Assembly: GCA_046497275.1 (NCBI GenBank) | Contig: JAWOFX010000113.1 | Coordinates: forward strand, 1-32,000 | Reading direction: 5' to 3' | Length of the DNA stretch: 32,000 nucleotides | DNA from: Promethearchaeia archaeon | Lineage (GTDB): Archaea; Asgardarchaeota; Lokiarchaeia; Sigyniarchaeales; SOKP01 | Shown here: positions 26,822 through 32,000 of the stretch, one piece after another | How the letters are laid out: each line of letters starts with the position of its first letter | How positions within the stretch are numbered: position 1 is the stretch's first letter | Made by a program: the position numbers and the translations under genes | The notes under the pieces: generated by a model | The model's input: the letters and a program-made list of their open reading frames with translations, nothing else | Databases searched by the model: none | What the model was told of the DNA's origin: nothing

Positions 26822-28528
26822 TTGAGTAAAATTACGAATTTGAATATGAGACTAAAGAAAAACAAGAATTTAATTATTGCAATTATTGGATTTTTACTAT
26901 CAATCAATTCACTCATTATAATATATGTTGGAGATCTCCCGTTGTTTAATTTGCAATTAATATCTTTTCAAGATGAAGGGGGAGATAATCTCATTGGTCA
27001 ATATCATAGCGGAAATAAAAAGGCAGGTATTATTATACTAGAAGGATTTAGTACCGACCAAATGGCTATGAAATCTATTAATTCTGAATTCAGTAAGTTA
27101 GGATTTCACACATTTAGTTTTGATTTTTCTGGACAAGGACGATCGGGCGGGACTCTTGGATTTGATAATGCTGCAACCGATCGCCTGGCAAAACAAGTAT
27201 TAAGTGCGAAAGAGGAATTTAAATCATTATCAGGTTTGAATGATTCTCAAATTGTTCTTTTAGGTCATAGCATGGGTGCACGTGTAGCTCTTCAATCAGC
27301 AACTATAGATACATATAATGTTTCAGGATTAATACTAATTGGCGTTCAAGTAAATTTAATTCCAAATGTTCAAGCGGGATTCTTTACAGGAGTCTCAGAT
27401 TTGGAACTGGAATGGATCCAAAATTTATCAATAACTAGTCCGCCCGTGGATATTTTGTTATTATCTGGTTCACTCGATGATATCATTAGTCCAAAAGCAG
27501 CAAGATTATTATTTGAAAAGCTGGGAGAAAATTCTGGATCATTTATAAGAGAATTGGAGATATATCCATTATTGTTTCATAATTACGAAATTTACTCTCC
27601 GTTTTTAATTACTAAATCAATAAATTGGGCAGTTGAAAACCTAGGTTTAGAATCCAATCCACAATACTTTGCTATACAAACTTTATTAAGGAAAATATTT
27701 TGGATAATCGCATTAATAGGTTTATTCATGATTCCACTGTTCGGAGCTCACTATTTATCTGAAATAAGGAAAAGTTCCTCACCGAGAGAAACAAACAAGC
27801 ATCAGAACCATCAAATAAGTAATAATTTGCAAATAAAAGATGTAAGCCGATTTTTTAAATTTAAATTGCTTTATTGGATAGGCGCGATTCCAATTGCATT
27901 ATTATTACTTTTTTTATTATTTTTTATTCCCATAGGGTTGCCAATATTTAGCCTTTTTTATGTTGGTTTTATTGGGAGCTATGGAATTTTGATGTTGATT
28001 CTTTATAAAAAAGGCAAAGTAGCAGGAACTCAAGGTAAATTGATGATAAATTTTAAAGTTGAAAAAGAATCTATCAATAAAAATTTGGGAATATCAATTG
28101 TTTTTTCATTATTGTTTATAGTCATTTGTGGATTATTTTTTAATTCTGGGATAAATTACGTATTTCCATTCAATGCGAGAGTGAATTGGTTAATAATCTT
28201 TACAATCCTCACCATTCCAGGATTTTTTATAGGGCAAAAAGAAGCAACGCTATTAAATGATTCGGAGTATGCAAGTGGGAGAAATAAAATAATCTTATGG
28301 ATCATTGGCTTAGTTCCTTTTCTCATAATTTCAATTTTCTTTGCCATTTTGGGTTCTATCTCAGGGATGATTGGCTCTATACATGGAATAATCATTCTTG
28401 TTTTCATAATTGTTTCTGGAAATTTTATTTCAAAATTAAGTAAACAGCCATTTGTCACAATAATTTATCAGTCTTTTCTCATTCAATTACTTGTTTTAAC
28501 ACAAGGTGCACTTTTTGCCATTTTATAA
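26822..28528 (+). CDS. Alpha/beta hydrolase fused to a polytopic membrane domain
   Basis: N-terminal TM/signal segment, FDFSGQGRS, nucleophile elbow GHSMGA, acid SGSLDD, candidate His in LFHNYE; about eight C-terminal TM segments. Likely start is ATG 26846. Confidence 0.85.
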   Translation: MSKITNLNMRLKKNKNLIIAIIGFLLSINSLIIIYVGDLPLFNLQLISFQDEGGDNLIGQYHSGNKKAGIIILEGFSTDQMAMKSINSEFSKLGFHTFSFDFSGQGRSGGTLGFDNAATDRLAKQVLSAKEEFKSLSGLNDSQIVLLGHSMGARVALQSATIDTYNVSGLILIGVQVNLIPNVQAGFFTGVSDLELEWIQNLSITSPPVDILLLSGSLDDIISPKAARLLFEKLGENSGSFIRELEIYPLLFHNYEIYSPFLITKSINWAVENLGLESNPQYFAIQTLLRKIFWIIALIGLFMIPLFGAHYLSEIRKSSSPRETNKHQNHQISNNLQIKDVSRFFKFKLLYWIGAIPIALLLLFLLFFIPIGLPIFSLFYVGFIGSYGILMLILYKKGKVAGTQGKLMINFKVEKESINKNLGISIVFSLLFIVICGLFFNSGINYVFPFNARVNWLIIFTILTIPGFFIGQKEATLLNDSEYASGRNKIILWIIGLVPFLIISIFFAILGSISGMIGSIHGIIILVFIIVSGNFISKLSKQPFVTIIYQSFLIQLLVLTQGALFAIL

Positions 28529-28552
28529 TCAAATCATTAATTAATTTTTTAA

Positions 28553-29842
28553 TTGAAAAATATGAAAGTTTTGTATATTGATACTGAGAACTCAGGAATT
28601 TCTGGTGATCTTTTTTTAAGTGCTTTACTTGCCTTAATCAAGAATCAGAATAAGTTAATCGCAGAATTAGAAGAGCTGAAAAATTATTTACCAGGAGTGA
28701 AAAGACTTAATATCAAATTAATTAAAATAGAAGTCAGCGGTATCATCGTGAATAAATTGATAATTGAATTAGAGGAGAAAAAAAATCATAGAAGCGCCTT
28801 AGATCTTAAAAAAGCGTTGAAAAATTTTTTAGATGATAAAGAGTTTTCTGAAGCTGCTAAAAAGTACGCTAAAGATGTTTTAGATTCCTTAATTAAAGCT
28901 GAATCTTCGGTTCATAATAAATTAGAAGATAACATTCATCTTCATGAATTAAGTTCAGTTGATACATTAATTGACATTTTAGGAGTAACAAAAACTCTAG
29001 ACATTTTAGGCGCTTTTAGAGGTGATTTGAGTATTTATACTAGCAAACTTCCCTTAGGCGGGGGTAACATTGAAGCAGCTCATGGTACCTTACCAATACC
29101 CGCTCCTGCGACGAGTAAAATCATTGAGAATTCTAAACTTATTGTATATCTCGGTCCTATTGACGATGAATTAACCACACCTACAGGGGTGGCTCTTTTA
29201 GTAAATCTAAACCCAAAAATAAATAAAATTGAATTTAATCTCAAAAAAGTTGCATATAGTACTGGAGAAAAAGTATTCGATGAGTTTCCAAATATATTCC
29301 GCATTCTTTTTGGGAAAAAATACTTAGATTCTGAATTTGCTACACATCTTATTCAATACAGAGAAAAAGTTTCTGTTATTGAGACTAATGTTGATGATGT
29401 ATCGGGAGAAATAATTGGTGATTTCATTGAGCAAATGGAAAATAAGGTTTTAGATATTCAAGTGATTCATTGCTTAACTAAAAAAAATAGACCGAGTTAT
29501 ATTATTAAAATTTTATGTGATCCTGAAAATAAATTCAAGATCATTGAGGAAATTTTGGAGAATTTGGGAACATTAGGAGTAAGATATTACGACATTGACA
29601 GGATATGTGTTGATAGGGAAATTAAATCTCTAAATATTGAAATTGATAATACTATTTATTCTGTGAGATATAAGATTTCTTTTATAATAAAAGAAAATCA
29701 GAAGAAGATTATTAACATTAAACCCGAATATGAAGATCTTAAAAAATTAAGAGATATAACTAACTATTCCATTAAAAGACTAAAATCAATAATTCTTCCA
29801 AAATTAATGAATGATGTCTATAAAGATAATGATATAGGTTAA
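28553..29842 (+). CDS. larC: Nickel pincer cofactor biosynthesis protein LarC (nickel insertase)
   Basis: SGISGDLFLSAL, AESSVH...IHLHELSSVDTLIDILG, AHGTLPIPAPAT, ELTTPTGVALL, IETNVDDVSGE, KPEYEDL. Likely start is ATG 28562. Confidence 0.93.
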   Translation: MKNMKVLYIDTENSGISGDLFLSALLALIKNQNKLIAELEELKNYLPGVKRLNIKLIKIEVSGIIVNKLIIELEEKKNHRSALDLKKALKNFLDDKEFSEAAKKYAKDVLDSLIKAESSVHNKLEDNIHLHELSSVDTLIDILGVTKTLDILGAFRGDLSIYTSKLPLGGGNIEAAHGTLPIPAPATSKIIENSKLIVYLGPIDDELTTPTGVALLVNLNPKINKIEFNLKKVAYSTGEKVFDEFPNIFRILFGKKYLDSEFATHLIQYREKVSVIETNVDDVSGEIIGDFIEQMENKVLDIQVIHCLTKKNRPSYIIKILCDPENKFKIIEEILENLGTLGVRYYDIDRICVDREIKSLNIEIDNTIYSVRYKISFIIKENQKKIINIKPEYEDLKKLRDITNYSIKRLKSIILPKLMNDVYKDNDIG

Positions 29843-30000
29843 AAAATAGTTAGAGAAAAATAAGAGAATAAAAAAATGAAGTAGGAATAGGATTCATTGA
29901 ATTTTTAGGAATTTGTTTATTTGACAAATATTCCCACTCATTCCAGTTTATTTGATTAGATTGTTTATATTTAAAAATCTTGGTTTTTCAGTTTATTCAG

Positions 30001-30534
30001 TTAGAATTCATCGATATTAAACTTGTTTAGCATATAATCTTCCTCAAGAGCCTCTTTCGAATAATCTTCTAATCTCTTTAATTCCTTATTAATTCTAAGA
30101 ACGCGGTCTTTTTTTCCGAGTGTCTTAAAAATATCTCTTGCTTCAGTATAGGAGTTTACAGCTTCATCAAAATCACCACTTACTTCTTGATCTTCAGCAA
30201 TAAATTGAAGGCCTTCTGCAACTTCCATTCTTTTGCCTAATTTTCTCTGAATTTTTAAAGCTAACCAATGATGTTTTAAACTATCGACATATTCCTTGAA
30301 TACAGAATAAGTTCTTCCCATCGCCCTTAAGACTAAAGCTTCTTCTTCTTTGAGATTTTTTTGTTTACAATATTTTAAGAGGTCTCTTAGAAATTCAATA
30401 TAATATTCACTTTTTTTCGATCGGTCAATATTAGAAAGCGCTATTTCATATGTATTGAGAGTATTCTTAATGTCACCGCTTTTAAAAAATTCTTTTGATC
30501 TTTTAAAAAGATCATCTGGCATTGTCGCCACCAT
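30001..30534 (-). CDS. Tetratricopeptide repeat protein
   Basis: All-helical with TPR-like spacing: ALVLRAMGRTY...SLKHHWLALKI; AEGLQFIAEDQEVSGDFDEAVNSYTEARDIF. Confidence 0.7.
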   Translation of the reverse strand: MVATMPDDLFKRSKEFFKSGDIKNTLNTYEIALSNIDRSKKSEYYIEFLRDLLKYCKQKNLKEEEALVLRAMGRTYSVFKEYVDSLKHHWLALKIQRKLGKRMEVAEGLQFIAEDQEVSGDFDEAVNSYTEARDIFKTLGKKDRVLRINKELKRLEDYSKEALEEDYMLNKFNIDEF

Positions 30535-30877
30535 ATCTTCAGAATCACTTTTGATATTGATTCAAATGAATTTTAATTTAAAATAAGTTCAATTGATATA
30601 TAATCGATAACATATTTATACTTATTGATCATAGAAATATGTATTAGGAAAGCCGAAAATGGAGCATTTAATACATTGTTTTCTTGATTACTTTTAGCTA
30701 GCCTTTATTAAGATAACCGTTTCTTTAAATCAAAGATTTAATAAGTAAAGATTTCAACCCATAAATAAAAAATTTTAAAGAGTAGATTCTACATTTGATT
30801 CTTTTTTAACATTTTGATATTTTCAAATTTTTAGATTTAAAAATTAAAATAAAAAAAAATAGAAAACAGATTTACGA

Positions 30878-31531
30878 TTAAATCCATCCCAATGGAATGA
30901 ATACGACTAAAGCAACGATTCCTATAGCATAAAGAATCCCAACAAATTGGATTTGTTTTTTCTTATCTTCCATATCATAGACATAAAACGCCCCTACAAA
31001 GAAAATCAAATATCCAATTATGAAAATCAAAGGAGGAAAATACCAATGCCACCATGGATATTCCCAAATTAAATAGTTGCCCCAGTTTAAAAGAATTTCA
31101 ACAAAAACACAAAATGCAGCGAACAGTATAGCATTAAACCATCGATTTGAGATTCGTCCAAAAACTTTCTCTTCCTTATTATCTGGTAAGAATTTCGCAA
31201 AGATGATCCCCGCAATTGAAAACATAAATAATATTTCAATATTCCATCCAATTAATATTATATATGCACTAGATCCAGGTGTAGTCCAGAATGCAGAATA
31301 ATTAGTAAAGAAAAACACTAACGCATTCCAAATCTCATTGATCATATCTAAGCCTAAAACTGTGAGTCCAGCGAAAATAGTGCTCCAGTTACCAGTTTCT
31401 CGTGCTTTTTTCAATTCAACCCCATAAATATAAAGTACAATAGCTAATAAAGGGATGATATACCAACCAAAATCTTGATTTAATATTCTTAATTTACTAA
31501 GAGCTAATAATGAATCAGGTGTAGGTACCAT
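30878..31531 (-). CDS. Hypothetical integral membrane protein (about six TM)
   Basis: Six hydrophobic segments, Trp-rich (WEYPWWHWY); no family recognised with confidence. Confidence 0.75.
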   Translation of the reverse strand: MVPTPDSLLALSKLRILNQDFGWYIIPLLAIVLYIYGVELKKARETGNWSTIFAGLTVLGLDMINEIWNALVFFFTNYSAFWTTPGSSAYIILIGWNIEILFMFSIAGIIFAKFLPDNKEEKVFGRISNRWFNAILFAAFCVFVEILLNWGNYLIWEYPWWHWYFPPLIFIIGYLIFFVGAFYVYDMEDKKKQIQFVGILYAIGIVALVVFIPLGWI

Positions 31532-31686
31532 AAGTTATAATCTCATTTTTATATTTATATTGTTATTATTTTTGTTTATTTGTTATTTATAATTTTCTTA
31601 AAAATTAGAGATCAAGATTTTAAAAATTAGTTTTTACTTTTGTAAACAATTTAGCAAGTAAAAGCAAATAATTATTTCTGATGTAT

Positions 31687-32000
31687 CTATTTATTTTTTA
31701 TTCTCCTTGAAATTAAAGCTGCTGAAACACCTGCTCCAAATCCATTATCAATATTTACTACTAATAACCCAGGACTACACGATTGCAGCATTGTATTTAA
31801 GGCACCTTCTCCTTTTCCCCCGACTCCATAACCACTGGAGACAGGAACTCCGATAATTGGAACATCTACTAATGCGGCCACTACACCCGGGAGTGTTCCT
31901 TCCATTCCAGCACAGACAATAATAACATCCACCCCACTCTCTATCATATCTATGAGTGGCTTGAAAATACGATGGATTCCAGCGATGCCAACATCATAAC
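31687..32000 (-). CDS. larB: Nickel pincer cofactor biosynthesis protein LarB (PurE-like); 5' partial
   Basis: Frame is open to the window end and reads [12 protein letters not shown]...[18 protein letters not shown]...PVSSGYG...MLQSCSPG...NIDNGFGAG, the LarB motifs. Confidence 0.92.
   Translation of the reverse strand, partial: YDVGIAGIHRIFKPLIDMIESGVDVIIVCAGMEGTLPGVVAALVDVPIIGVPVSSGYGVGGKGEGALNTMLQSCSPGLLVVNIDNGFGAGVSAALISRRIKNK

Noticed and set aside
29908-29934. Imperfect hairpin between convergent larC and TPR genes
   Set aside because: AT-rich 6-bp core stem; not distinguishable from background.
1278-31301. Short overlapping ORFs in the track (e.g. 1278-1472, 4620-5003, 5208-5573, 6956-7195, 11679-11876, 23349-23630, 28156-28458, 31077-31301)
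   Set aside because: All overlap well-supported genes on the opposite strand or another frame and show no recognisable motifs; 11679-11876 is a by-product of the Glu-codon repeat.
1-32000. CRISPR arrays, tRNA/rRNA genes, IS elements, integrases, Sec/Pyl read-through
   Set aside because: No spaced repeats, GC-rich cloverleaf-like tracts, transposase motifs or interrupted conserved ORFs seen by eye; a covariance-model scan was not possible.

Overview
Very AT-rich, gene-dense archaeal chromosomal window. Archaeal-type uS15 and eS1 (S3Ae), an archaeal GlmU, two longin/roadblock-like proteins and a large surface protein with a cytoplasmic zinc-ribbon tail suggest an Asgard archaeon, probably Lokiarchaeia/Promethearchaeota (inference, no search run). 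It holds 24 supported CDSs (two cut by the window edges); I saw no rRNA, tRNA, CRISPR array or mobile element. The most notable segment is about 22.4-26.4 kb: (i) a kaiB-kaiC pair whose double-domain KaiC keeps the B-loop and the S431/T432-equivalent phosphosites but lacks the KaiA-binding tail, and whose KaiB stops inside the fold-switch segment; (ii) a nikR-like gene with a His-rich insertion; (iii) a convergent Bd0055-like (alpha3-truncated) histone with a short Lys tail; (iv) a perfect 12-bp inverted repeat upstream of the histone with NikR-like half-site spacing. larC and larB (nickel-pincer cofactor synthesis) lie 5-8 kb further on. All product calls come from motifs read by eye in the translations.
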